A stretch of DNA of 64,000 nucleotides from a virus. Shown here piece after piece: positions 1 to 8,339 of the stretch. Positions within the stretch are counted from its first letter, which is position 1. Every line of letters begins with the position of its first letter. Position numbers and translations under genes: made by a program. The DNA is taken from IMG/VR virus record IMGVR_UViG_3300037468_000493, positions 1 through 64,000 of that record. One strand, 5' to 3'. Below the pieces are notes generated by a model that was not told where the DNA came from, did no database searches, and saw only the letters and a list, made by a program, of their open reading frames with translations.

Positions 1-348
1 GATGCGCACTTACCAACCTTGGCAACGCGGAATGCTCCCATCAAGGCCAGCTAGCTTTTGCATAAAAAATCTCACAGCACACCCATGAGGCAGCCCCATA
101 AACCAACTAACACTCCCCGCCGCCGCCATTGCCGCCATCCAGGCCAACACCCCCTACGCCACGATTCGCCGGGATGCCTGCATGAGACTGGCTCAGCGAA
201 TCGCAGCTAACCCCGAGAACTACACAGTCGCCGACTTAGCCGATGCCCATGCGGTGCTTAGGCCCACGGTGATGGGGGAGGAGGTGGGGGCAACATACCA
301 CCCGCCGCTATCCCGCAACGATCTCAAAAAGAAATATGGCCAACCCTC

Positions 349-377
349 TTGACATCACTAGCGCTAGTGATTAATAT
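349..377 (+). promoter_or_regulatory. Sigma70-like promoter with perfect 18-bp palindromic operator in the spacer
   Basis: TTGACA(349-354)-17 nt-TAATAT(372-377); ATCACTAGCGCTAGTGAT palindrome at 354-371. Confidence 0.7.
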
Positions 378-402
378 AGAGGAGTACTGAGGGAGCAAGG
401 CT

Positions 403-705
403 ATGATCACCAATCAATCGACAGCCGTCACCACCCTTTCTACCGCCGAGCAACGCCGCCGCGACTTGGCCGCGCAGTCGTGCGGGCTGTTGACTGAGCA
501 GTGGGAGAATGGCTACCTGTGGTCATTGGCTACCGCTGGCGGGGTGCATGTTTCTATCGTCAGCGGCAAGCGCCCTTACCGGGCAGTGTGGCAGACCAGC
601 GGCGATCGCATGGTCAAGGGTGCGTTAAGGGCTGTGGACTTTGAGCGCAGCCGGAGCTTTGGGAAGGTCGAATCGTTGTTTAAGTTTTTGAGGGAGATTG
701 AGTGA
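403..705 (+). CDS. Hypothetical phage protein
   Basis: ORF directly downstream of a promoter and a GGAG RBS. Confidence 0.6.
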   Translation: MITNQSTAVTTLSTAEQRRRDLAAQSCGLLTEQWENGYLWSLATAGGVHVSIVSGKRPYRAVWQTSGDRMVKGALRAVDFERSRSFGKVESLFKFLREIE

Positions 706-881
706 TGAAAATAAATCAAGTTTGCCTGGAGGGGGCTTATTACTCCGCTAGTGATATGGGGCTAACTAGCCTCGATGTTGACGATGATTTTGAAATTGAC
801 GGTACTGAAGGTGCGGAGAGTTACACCGTTGATCGGATCGAAGACGGAATCGCGTACTGTGCTTTTATGGGGGCGGCATGA
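705..881 (+). CDS. Small acidic hypothetical protein (58 aa, MKINQVCLEGAYYSASDMG...), not in ORF track
   Basis: Translated by hand; overlaps the upstream stop (TGATG) and the downstream start (ATGA). Confidence 0.6.
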   Translation: MKINQVCLEGAYYSASDMGLTSLDVDDDFEIDGTEGAESYTVDRIEDGIAYCAFMGAA

Positions 882-1087
882 CCACCCCCGCCGCCCGCTA
901 CAGGCAAAACCACCCCGATCGCATAGCGACCACCAATTTCAACATTGCCCGCCGCACAATTAAACGGGCATCTGTGCGATTTATGGTGGGCCGGGACGAA
1001 GATGTGATGGCTTGGCTGGAGGCTACCTACGGGGCCAGCGGTGGCCCTGAGATATTGCAGGCTCTCAGAGATGCTCTAGCCCCCTAA
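878..1087 (+). CDS. Small putative DNA-binding (ribbon-helix-helix-like) protein
   Basis: Basic N-terminus, short beta segment ASVRF followed by two helices; translationally coupled. Confidence 0.4.
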   Translation: MTTPAARYRQNHPDRIATTNFNIARRTIKRASVRFMVGRDEDVMAWLEATYGASGGPEILQALRDALAP

Positions 1088-1189
1088 CTCTATGCCCTGT
1101 ACCAGATGAACTTGCCGCCATAATCAGCGCGGCAACGTCTATTAGTATTAATTCAGTCGAGGCAACCGCTACTAAGGAAGGCAAAGATT

Positions 1190-1480
1190 ATGACTATTGA
1201 AGAACTGAAAATTGCTGGATAGTACGAAGTTACCCAAGTTGGGTACGAGGATAATTGGTTTGAGGGGGAGCTATCAACCCCTAGTGGGAGCTACCTTTTT
1301 CATCCCTGTGTGAAGGGCAGTGATGGCTCTCCTATTAAGGAGTTGTTTGACTTCTTCTACGATGACATCGTAGAGCCCCTTGAGAAAAAGGGGTTGGTCG
1401 TAGACCTAGAAGATAGCTTTCCTCCTGCTTATCCCTTGCTCTTGGAAGAGCACTCTCCCGTTCTTACTGGGGATCTTTAG
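1190..1480 (+). pseudogene. Acidic 96-codon ORF interrupted by one in-frame TAG (1220-1222)
   Basis: AAGGAAGG RBS, ATG 1190; the frame stays open for 85 codons after the TAG and ends flush with the next gene. Confidence 0.55.
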
Positions 1481-1705
1481 GTGCCTAACCTCCCATCCCA
1501 ACTTGCCCAGGCGATCACTAGCCTGGGCCTAACCACATCCACTGCCGCCCGCAAGATTGGCGGCGACATGGCGGGGTATAAGGCCGCCTACAAGCACCTG
1601 ACCCGACTCACTGAGCCTAACCCACCCGAGACTATAGCCCTGCTTGAGGCCGACCTTGAGGCACTGGGGCTAGAGATTACTATCACACCAAAACCCCGCC
1701 CCTAA
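1481..1705 (+). CDS. Putative HTH-like small regulator
   Basis: GLTTSTAARKIG...LEALGLEITI pattern resembles XRE-type HTH proteins. Confidence 0.45.
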   Translation: MPNLPSQLAQAITSLGLTTSTAARKIGGDMAGYKAAYKHLTRLTEPNPPETIALLEADLEALGLEITITPKPRP

Positions 1706-1724
1706 CCCGGCGGGGTTTTTCTTT
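1690..1724. terminator. Bidirectional intrinsic terminator
   Basis: AAAACCCCGCC-loop-GGCGGGGTTTTT between convergent genes. Confidence 0.75.
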
Positions 1725-1729
1725 GCGCC

Positions 1730-2056
1730 CTACACCACCCATTCCCGCGCCATCGCCAGCCGATCCCGCAATGCCGCCTCCCGGCTCGGGGTGTGAAACC
1801 GTTGCCGACGGAGCCAGGTTAGGGCATCCTGGCGGCCCTTGGCGTGATTGCAGGAGTAGCAGGCCCTGGCCCAGTTGATAGGATCGTCGGAGCCGCCCTT
1901 GTTGAGCGGGATCAGGTGGTCAATCGTCCCAGCACCCAATACCCCACAAAAAAGACACCGCCCGTCCCCAGAATGGAGCAGGCGGTGTCTTAAGGCTTTT
2001 TTGGCGCGGCGTGGATCTTGTTCGTCCAGGTGAATAAGTTCATCGTGGCGAGGCAT
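1730..2056 (-). CDS. HNH endonuclease
   Basis: CLFCG...TIDHLIPLNKGGSDDPINWARACYSCNHAKG. Confidence 0.9.
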   Translation of the reverse strand: MPRHDELIHLDEQDPRRAKKALRHRLLHSGDGRCLFCGVLGAGTIDHLIPLNKGGSDDPINWARACYSCNHAKGRQDALTWLRRQRFHTPSREAALRDRLAMAREWVV

Positions 2057-2291
2057 GGCAAAGTCAAACGCGATGCCTCTATTCTACCCATCGGATCGCG
2101 GCCACCTGCACGTTGTCCCCAGTCGTGCCAACATCATGCACCGCCTGCGCCAACGCATCCTCGTAGGAGCCGTTTGCGATAAAGCCCCAGCAACAGCAGC
2201 CGACGTATACGGCCCATCGCGGGGGTGGGATGGTGATTCGGGCTGGGGTCATGGGGCTGCTCCTGGTTTTGTGCCAGTGGGGTGTGACACT

Positions 2292-2336
2292 AATACTTAC
2301 AAAGTACTTGCAAAATACTTGCAGTGGCAGTATATT
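2292..2336 (+). promoter_or_regulatory. Promoter with three tandem 11-bp direct repeats overlapping the -35
   Basis: AATACTTACAA/AGTACTTGCAA/AATACTTGCAG (2292-2324); TTGCAA-17-TATATT. Confidence 0.65.
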
Positions 2337-2364
2337 AGAAGGGTAGAGCAAACGAGGCCACCCA

Positions 2365-2706
2365 ATGAACACTATCGCAATCGCCAACCACCTAAATGTA
2401 GCCGCCGACGCCATCGTTGAGGTTCAGGAATGGGCAAGGGTGTTGTGGGTTCGGGTTCGTGGCCTAGGTGCTCGGTTCGTTAGCAAAAAGGTAGGGCAAA
2501 AAATGGAAGCAACAGAAGCAACTGAAACAGTTTTAATGACAGCGGTTCGCATTGCCAAAAAGCAAAATGAGCTGATGGATTTGTGGAATCGGCAGGGAGA
2601 TGAAGCTGCATTTGGTCAATACCACGAACTCACTGATAGCCACGATAAAGCGTTTCGCCAACTCTCAAGAGAGGAACGCCGTGAATATATGCGGCTAGTT
2701 GACTAG
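2365..2706 (+). CDS. Hypothetical protein (cyanobacterial mobile-element type, EWARVLWV...RFVSKK)
   Basis: ORF following a promoter and a GAGG RBS. Confidence 0.65.
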   Translation: MNTIAIANHLNVAADAIVEVQEWARVLWVRVRGLGARFVSKKVGQKMEATEATETVLMTAVRIAKKQNELMDLWNRQGDEAAFGQYHELTDSHDKAFRQLSREERREYMRLVD

Positions 2707-2773
2707 ATCACCAGCGCACAGCCGGGAGTAGCGCCCCGGTATTCCGCCAAGAAAAACAACAAAGTAACCACCG

Positions 2774-2986
2774 ATGACTGTTAATGCAATAGAAATTTAC
2801 GAAGACCAGATCACTGCAAGCAACTGGCGAGTTGGATGCATTCTTGAGGATGTGCGTCACAACTCACCTACCTTGGGATGCCAGTTTGAGGTAATTGATC
2901 ACGACAACAATGGCAATGTAGAACTTCGCCAGCTTAGCGACGATGAATACGTTATCACTGGAGAGATCTTCGCCCGGATTCGTTAG
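2774..2986 (+). CDS. Small acidic hypothetical protein
   Basis: ORF track; co-oriented in the operon. Confidence 0.55.
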   Translation: MTVNAIEIYEDQITASNWRVGCILEDVRHNSPTLGCQFEVIDHDNNGNVELRQLSDDEYVITGEIFARIR

Positions 2987-3034
2987 CTACCCCCCACACA
3001 CAGCGCCTTGCCCGGTTCGCTACCGGGCCTAACC

Positions 3035-3313
3035 ATGCCTACCCCATCCCGCAATGTGCTTAGCTTATCGCTGAGCACAGAAGATCAAACCTTGCTGGTT
3101 GATGTCCTGGCCGAGGCTGGGTTCAGCAAGCCCACCCAGTTTTTGAGGAGTGTCGCCCGTCGCCAGATTGCGATCGGCCCTCCCAATAATGCAGGGTTGC
3201 AGCGGCAGATTAGCGCCCTGGCTGAGCAAGTTGAGATGCAGTCCAACGCCATCGATGAGCTACGCTGCCATGCTGCAGGGCAACCCCCGCGATCGCCCAC
3301 GGATCTACCATGA
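3035..3313 (+). CDS. Ribbon-helix-helix-like regulator with coiled coil, coupled to csf1
   Basis: VLSLSLSTEDQTLL...AGFSKPTQFLRSVARR; ATGA overlap with csf1; likely start ATG 3035. Confidence 0.55.
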   Translation: MPTPSRNVLSLSLSTEDQTLLVDVLAEAGFSKPTQFLRSVARRQIAIGPPNNAGLQRQISALAEQVEMQSNAIDELRCHAAGQPPRSPTDLP

Positions 3314-3975
3314 ACACACCTCAATTATTGTACGCATCTCCCCCCGCTGAAGGTGCGGCGGACGGCCATTGCTCAGTCTGTGGATGGCATGGGCCGACCT
3401 ATGCCAAGGCTCAGGTATTTAGCAAAAGTACCGGGGCCGTGTCGGTGCTGGCGACGGTGCCAACTGATCGCATCTGCGTCCATTGCGCTGCACTGTGGGG
3501 AGAACCTAAAGTTTTTGCCCGTGCAGTACTGGCCACACCGGAAGCAGTACTGTTCCCGACTATCGCCCCCGACCCAGCAGGGCAACGGCCCACCTGGGGG
3601 CAAGCGCTAGCCGCCCTAGACCCTACACGGCCTCGGGTGTGCATCCTCACCACTGACCCCAAAAAACGGGTATGGCCCTTTGCTCAGGTAAGCCAGGGCG
3701 ATCGACTCAGCATGTACGTCCACGACCCTAGCCGGGGCATCTCAGGCAATCGCGTAGTGAGCCTGTCGCTATTGCTGACTACGATCGCTGGTATTGAAGC
3801 CATCTACAATCTAGGTTTTAGCAAAACCGCCATTGAGCGGGGGTTGCTGGATGATTTAAAGCGCGCCAAAGCACTAGGCATCCCCGACACCGTTGCCCAT
3901 GAAAGATACTTGCAAAGTGTCCGTATACTCCCTGAATTTTTGACTTCCCTAATAGTCGCTCAAAAGGATCCCTAG
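3310..3975 (+). CDS. csf1: Type IV CRISPR-associated Csf1 (Cas8-like large subunit)
   Basis: CSVCG and CVHC zinc pairs, KKRVW motif, GFSKTAIERG motif; position in operon. Confidence 0.85.
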   Translation: MNTPQLLYASPPAEGAADGHCSVCGWHGPTYAKAQVFSKSTGAVSVLATVPTDRICVHCAALWGEPKVFARAVLATPEAVLFPTIAPDPAGQRPTWGQALAALDPTRPRVCILTTDPKKRVWPFAQVSQGDRLSMYVHDPSRGISGNRVVSLSLLLTTIAGIEAIYNLGFSKTAIERGLLDDLKRAKALGIPDTVAHERYLQSVRILPEFLTSLIVAQKDP

Positions 3976-3977
3976 TT

Positions 3978-5396
3978 ATGCCTGATCGCATTTTGCTCAA
4001 GCTCACTGCCCTAACCCCTGTAGCCCATGGTGAGGCCGGGGCCAACAGTACGGGGCCGAATAACACGACCCTCTTTAATCGCCAACTCCAGCGGCTCACT
4101 AAAGAAACAGTGGGGGTGGACGTGGAGGTCGCCAGAGACGCCATTGCAAACCTACTGACGGCCATGCCTATCGGTGCCGATACCTTTCCCCTGCTGGAGT
4201 CGCTGAAAGGATCTGAATTGGTGGCAGCTCTATTTGTGGCCCAGGTGCCAATCATGTTCCCCGGAGACGGTGAGGGGCTATTTACTGGAATGGAGCGCTA
4301 CCGAATGTTAAGCACCCGTTTAGCCGATGGGGCCAAGTGCTGCGCCACGTTGCCTGAGTTGTGGAGCTACCTTAGCCGGAAGCTAATGCTCCCCATGTTT
4401 CCCTCTTACGGGTTTGAGGTAATGCGGGCGTTTTTCGTCCTCCCCAAGGCCATTCAGGGGCAATCAATTCAGGCCATTAGCAAAGCCCTGGAACTTACGG
4501 TAATGGCCGCTCGGATGCTGGCAGAGAGCATCAAGGCCGAGCGCAAAAGTGCTAAAGACAATAATCCCAGCCTGTTTGCCGCGCAGGTCTACCAGGCCAG
4601 CCCTGAACAGTTAGCCGACCTCACCCGACCCAAGGCTGAGGCGATCGTAATGCCCGTCCCGAGTATTAGTGGTAACGCCCTGAGACACTGCCTAATCCGT
4701 GAACCCGGCGCAAATCGGCTGATTCAATCCCTAGGACTGGAACCCTACACCGACCGCGATGGGGATCACCTGGGCTTAGGCATCACTCGATTTTTGTACG
4801 GCGGTGGGCAGCTTGCCGCTAAAGCCAAAGCACCCAGCGCCAGTGACATTTACGAAGCCGAGGTTCGCAGCCGTTACCCCATTGTTGATGCCGTGGGTGG
4901 TAGCACTGATTCCTGGTTGATGGCCGAAAGCGCCTGCAAGGTCGCCGGATGGGTAGTCTGCGCAGAAAACAATGTGGCTACCCAATCGATCGCCGGGGTT
5001 GAGTCGAAGGTGAGCATTTTCGATTACCTCAGTGAAGAAACCAAGACCAGAACCGGCATTGGTGGCAAGGACAAAGAATCAGGGCAAATGATTTTCTCTT
5101 ACGAAACCCTAGCCGCTGGGCTACCCCTGATTGTTGAGGTATTGTTCAATCCCTTCACCCAACCCCTGACCATTGGCGCTGTGTGGCAAGCGGTGCATGA
5201 CTGGGCCAATGAAGGAGGCATCGTTGGGGGCCGTTCCCAGATTGGCCATAGCCGATTTGCGTTGGAGGTATTGCAAGGTGCATACGGGCTGGAAGGCAAA
5301 GCCTACCTTGATTACCTAGAGACAGAGCGTGATAATCTACGCCCTGGCTTACTCGATGCCACGATGGGGACTGGGGCAGTGCTATGTGCGGCTTGA
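3978..5396 (+). CDS. csf2: Type IV CRISPR-associated Csf2 (Cas7) with a large helical Cas11-like insertion
   Basis: N-terminal LTALTPVAHG...TLFNRQ; VPSISGNALRH; LYGGG; QMIFSYETLAAG; Gly-rich VGGRSQIGHS loop. At 472 aa it is longer than a typical Csf2. Confidence 0.85.
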   Translation: MPDRILLKLTALTPVAHGEAGANSTGPNNTTLFNRQLQRLTKETVGVDVEVARDAIANLLTAMPIGADTFPLLESLKGSELVAALFVAQVPIMFPGDGEGLFTGMERYRMLSTRLADGAKCCATLPELWSYLSRKLMLPMFPSYGFEVMRAFFVLPKAIQGQSIQAISKALELTVMAARMLAESIKAERKSAKDNNPSLFAAQVYQASPEQLADLTRPKAEAIVMPVPSISGNALRHCLIREPGANRLIQSLGLEPYTDRDGDHLGLGITRFLYGGGQLAAKAKAPSASDIYEAEVRSRYPIVDAVGGSTDSWLMAESACKVAGWVVCAENNVATQSIAGVESKVSIFDYLSEETKTRTGIGGKDKESGQMIFSYETLAAGLPLIVEVLFNPFTQPLTIGAVWQAVHDWANEGGIVGGRSQIGHSRFALEVLQGAYGLEGKAYLDYLETERDNLRPGLLDATMGTGAVLCAA

Positions 5397-6079
5397 TTCA
5401 TAGCCCACGGTTTCGGACTGGTGACCTTGAAGCATGGCGGCGGTTGGAATTAGCAGACCGCCTCTATGCCCAGCGATACCGGGCCAAACTACAGCGCATG
5501 GCCGATGAAGCACAGGCAACCATCGCTGCATTCCTAGAGGATGGCCCCGCCTATTGTTCGGTAAGTTGGGGCAAGGATTCTGTAGTGGTGGCTGACCTTT
5601 GCCGGGGGATGGATTTGCCCATGGGCTACATCAGGATTACGCCCTTCAACAATCCCGACTGTGATTTAGTGCGAGATGCCTTTGCCCCTGAGCACTACCA
5701 CGAGGCGATCGTAGTGCGGCCCGATGATGAAGAATGCTCTCACAGTAGCGGCGTTTTTGATGAAGGCGGGAAACTGCTAGAGGCTGAGTTCGACACCGAT
5801 CGCAGAATCACCGGAATCAGAAAAGATGAATCGCAGTCTAGGCGACTCAGGGGCAGTGCCAACACTAAGCGCAGTTGCGTCCCCATTGCCAAGTGGAGCA
5901 CTCAGGATGTTTTTGCCTATCTTGCACTTCACAATCTGCCCATCCATCCTGCCTACGCAATGAGCAACGGGGGGCAATTCCATCGCAATAATCTACGGGT
6001 TGCGTCAATCGGTGGGGTTCGTGGAACCCAATTTAATCGCCGCGAATGGGAAAACCTTTACTACCCAGAAATCCTATGA
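5384..6079 (+). CDS. cysH: CysH/PAPS-reductase-family protein of type IV-B systems
   Basis: PP-loop SVSWGKDS, GIRKDESQSRR, PIAKWSTQDVFAYL...LPIHPAY. Confidence 0.88.
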   Translation: MCGLIHSPRFRTGDLEAWRRLELADRLYAQRYRAKLQRMADEAQATIAAFLEDGPAYCSVSWGKDSVVVADLCRGMDLPMGYIRITPFNNPDCDLVRDAFAPEHYHEAIVVRPDDEECSHSSGVFDEGGKLLEAEFDTDRRITGIRKDESQSRRLRGSANTKRSCVPIAKWSTQDVFAYLALHNLPIHPAYAMSNGGQFHRNNLRVASIGGVRGTQFNRREWENLYYPEIL

Positions 6080-6771
6080 AAATCATCCACATCCCCGAAC
6101 TAGACGCTATGGGCACTCGCTTTGCATCCCTACCCATGGCCCCATTTTGCCTTACCCTACGCACCCTAAAGCCAGTAGCGGGCAACGACGCTTTGCACCT
6201 AGACGGTCTACTAGCTAAAGCGGTGGTGATTGAGGCCATGCGAGGCAAACCACTGGCCCCGACCGAGGATGCCTATTACATGCCCTTGCCATTGGGGCTA
6301 GAGCGGTTGCACCTGGGCTTACCCGTTTGGCAGTGCAATGATTTTGCCGCCGTTGACGCTGCCGTAGGCCATACCCATTATCACCAGCGCAGCGACTCCA
6401 ACCCTTACGACCCAGCCGCAACCGTAGCCACATTACCCCAGAAGAAACGCCGTAGAATGCCACCCACGACCGAAGGGCAATACATGAGCTACCGTGTCCC
6501 CTTGCAGTACACCGAGGCCGATTGCTGGCAATGCGAAGCCGTGGGCAATGCCGATGAGGTGCTGCGGCTGCTGAATGAGTACATCTCTTCTGTAGGCAAG
6601 AAAGGTAGCCATGGATGGGGGCGTGTATTGTCGTGGGCGGTTGAATCAATCAATCAATTTGAACTTTCGCGCCCAGTCCCCACTGCTGATACCTCACGGC
6701 CCTTCAATGCTCAGATCATGGGGTGGACGCCGCCCTATTGGCATCGCGGTCTATGGCGACTTTGCGGCTAG
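6076..6771 (+). CDS. csf3: Type IV CRISPR-associated Csf3 (Cas5)
   Basis: LHLDGLLA, PLPL, GQYMSYRVP, VGKKGSHGWGRV Gly-rich loop, RPVP, PPYW; ATGA overlap with the cysH stop. Confidence 0.85.
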   Translation: MKIIHIPELDAMGTRFASLPMAPFCLTLRTLKPVAGNDALHLDGLLAKAVVIEAMRGKPLAPTEDAYYMPLPLGLERLHLGLPVWQCNDFAAVDAAVGHTHYHQRSDSNPYDPAATVATLPQKKRRRMPPTTEGQYMSYRVPLQYTEADCWQCEAVGNADEVLRLLNEYISSVGKKGSHGWGRVLSWAVESINQFELSRPVPTADTSRPFNAQIMGWTPPYWHRGLWRLCG

Positions 6772-6834
6772 CCCACGGATCGCCCCTAGCCCTGCCCTAG
6801 TTGACTTACTTGTGGCTAAATGCAATATTCAATT

Positions 6835-6953
6835 TAGGCAGAGCCTCTGAGGTTCCCGTAGGGAGCCGACACTTCTACTTTGCAGGGTTCCCCTAGCCCC
6901 ACCCCAACAGAAAGCCCCTGATCCAGCGATGGATCAGGGGCTTTCTGTTGGGG
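6835..6953 (+). ncRNA. Candidate small structured RNA downstream of csf3
   Basis: Putative promoter TTGACT(6801)...CAATATT(6823-6829); hairpins AGGCagaGCCT and GGTTCCCgtaGGGAGCC; ends in a 24-bp stem. Confidence 0.4.
6902..6953. terminator. Perfect 24-bp inverted repeat (bidirectional terminator)
   Basis: CCCCAACAGAAAGCCCCTGATCCA-gcga-TGGATCAGGGGCTTTCTGTTGGGG. Confidence 0.75.
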
Positions 6954-7038
6954 ATATCCGGCTACTCGCTCAGCCACGTCCTGAGCAGGGCAACGGCTTC
7001 GGCTACCGTAGCGCCACTATGGTTACCGAGGGTGGGGG

Positions 7039-7614
7039 TTAGTCGGCCTTGAGGATATCAAGTTCCCTGTTCTCTCGCAACCTTGCGCAGTTATATCGAA
7101 ACCTGGCGACATCTTGCTCAGACCAAAGATCGTCCTCAAGCGCTACAGCCATATCCTCGTCGCCGTCGCAAATTTCCATCAGTTCTCCAAAGTCAAGCCG
7201 GATAGTTTCTTCTGTGGACATTGAGGCAAAGTCCGGGAATCCGACAAAAGTTTTTTCTGGATTTAGTCTTGGGTCTTTGTGCCTCGGGATTTGACGGCCA
7301 CGGGAGTAAATCGGGGCGTTGTTCAATGGTGGGCTGTAAAGCGCTATCAGCTCAGACTCTAATCGCTTCAGATCTACCCAAGGCTCAGTGACCAGGTAGG
7401 CCAATTGGATGCCGCCAATGCCAGAAAGGTCACTCCTTCTATGGTGACCGTTCCATCTACGACGAAGGCTTGTACTGGTTATCCCAATATAAAGAACCTG
7501 CCCCCGAAACATGGCGAAGTAAACCCCGGGAGTTTCGGGCAACTGCCCTCGTCGTTCTATTGGGACGGATGGGAGCAAGCTAGGCTCAATCGTCGCTGCC
7601 GTCATCTGGCTCAT
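7039..7614 (-). CDS. GIY-YIG nuclease domain protein
   Basis: PGVYFAM...VLYIGIT..LRRRW..H...LESELIALYSPPLN. Confidence 0.85.
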   Translation of the reverse strand: MSQMTAATIEPSLLPSVPIERRGQLPETPGVYFAMFRGQVLYIGITSTSLRRRWNGHHRRSDLSGIGGIQLAYLVTEPWVDLKRLESELIALYSPPLNNAPIYSRGRQIPRHKDPRLNPEKTFVGFPDFASMSTEETIRLDFGELMEICDGDEDMAVALEDDLWSEQDVARFRYNCARLRENRELDILKAD

Positions 7615-7864
7615 AGTTGTTCTTCTCCAGTGCCTTGCGCTTCCATTCCTCAACCGTCACGCCCTGGCCTTCGGCTAACTCAGCAGCCATCTGATCTATC
7701 TGCTCAGCATTGGCTTCTACCCTGGCCTGCACCACGTTCTGCCACATTCCGGCAATCGTCTGGCCTTTGGCCTCAGCCCACCAAATAAACCGCTTCATGT
7801 GCCACGCAGGCAGCCGTACAGAGTATCGCTTCATGTTTCGCCGGGGTGACATCGCTAATCTCAT
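7586..7864 (-). CDS. Putative ribbon-helix-helix regulator divergent from the ATPase module
   Basis: KRYSVRLPAWHMKRFIWWAEAKGQTIAGM pattern. Confidence 0.5.
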   Translation of the reverse strand: MRLAMSPRRNMKRYSVRLPAWHMKRFIWWAEAKGQTIAGMWQNVVQARVEANAEQIDQMAAELAEGQGVTVEEWKRKALEKNNYEPDDGSDD

Positions 7865-7988
7865 AACACCACCAAAAGTGTATGGGCTAAGTCGATTCTA
7901 GTCTATTTTGCTGGACAGGTGTTGCATAGGTGCATCACAGTGTGCTACAACAGTCTCATGAAAGCCCGATGAAAGGTCATGAAAGGTC

Positions 7989-8339
7989 GTGAAAACTTTT
8001 ACAGCCCCTCCAACAATCGCCAGAAGCACCGCACTGCGGCAGCTTTCGGCTATTCGGTATCCAGGGGGCATGAAAACAATCTCGATTCCGACCATGTGGC
8101 GCTGGTGCAAACTAGCGGGCATTGAATCAGGCCTTAGGGAGTTCACGGAGTCTCAGTGTTTTCGCCTTGCCCAAATCGCCCAATGGCTGCGGCAGGGGCA
8201 TTCAGTCGAACAAATCCAACTATTTCTAGGAGTGCAGACCAATGACACAAGCAACCGAACGCAACAACAGCAGCAATCCCAGCCGGGGGCAGGGGTTTGG
8301 GGGGCAGACAGCAACCCCTGGGGCGCATTCTGGGGCTAG
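7989..8339 (+). CDS. MerR/excisionase-like HTH protein
   Basis: ISIPTMWRWCKLAGI...REFTESQCFRLAQIAQWLRQGHSVEQI. Confidence 0.6.
   Translation: MKTFTAPPTIARSTALRQLSAIRYPGGMKTISIPTMWRWCKLAGIESGLREFTESQCFRLAQIAQWLRQGHSVEQIQLFLGVQTNDTSNRTQQQQQSQPGAGVWGADSNPWGAFWG

Noticed and set aside
6878-6889. 12-nt complementarity of the post-csf3 RNA to ~9494-9505 as a self-target
   Set aside because: A match this short is plausible by chance in 64 kb
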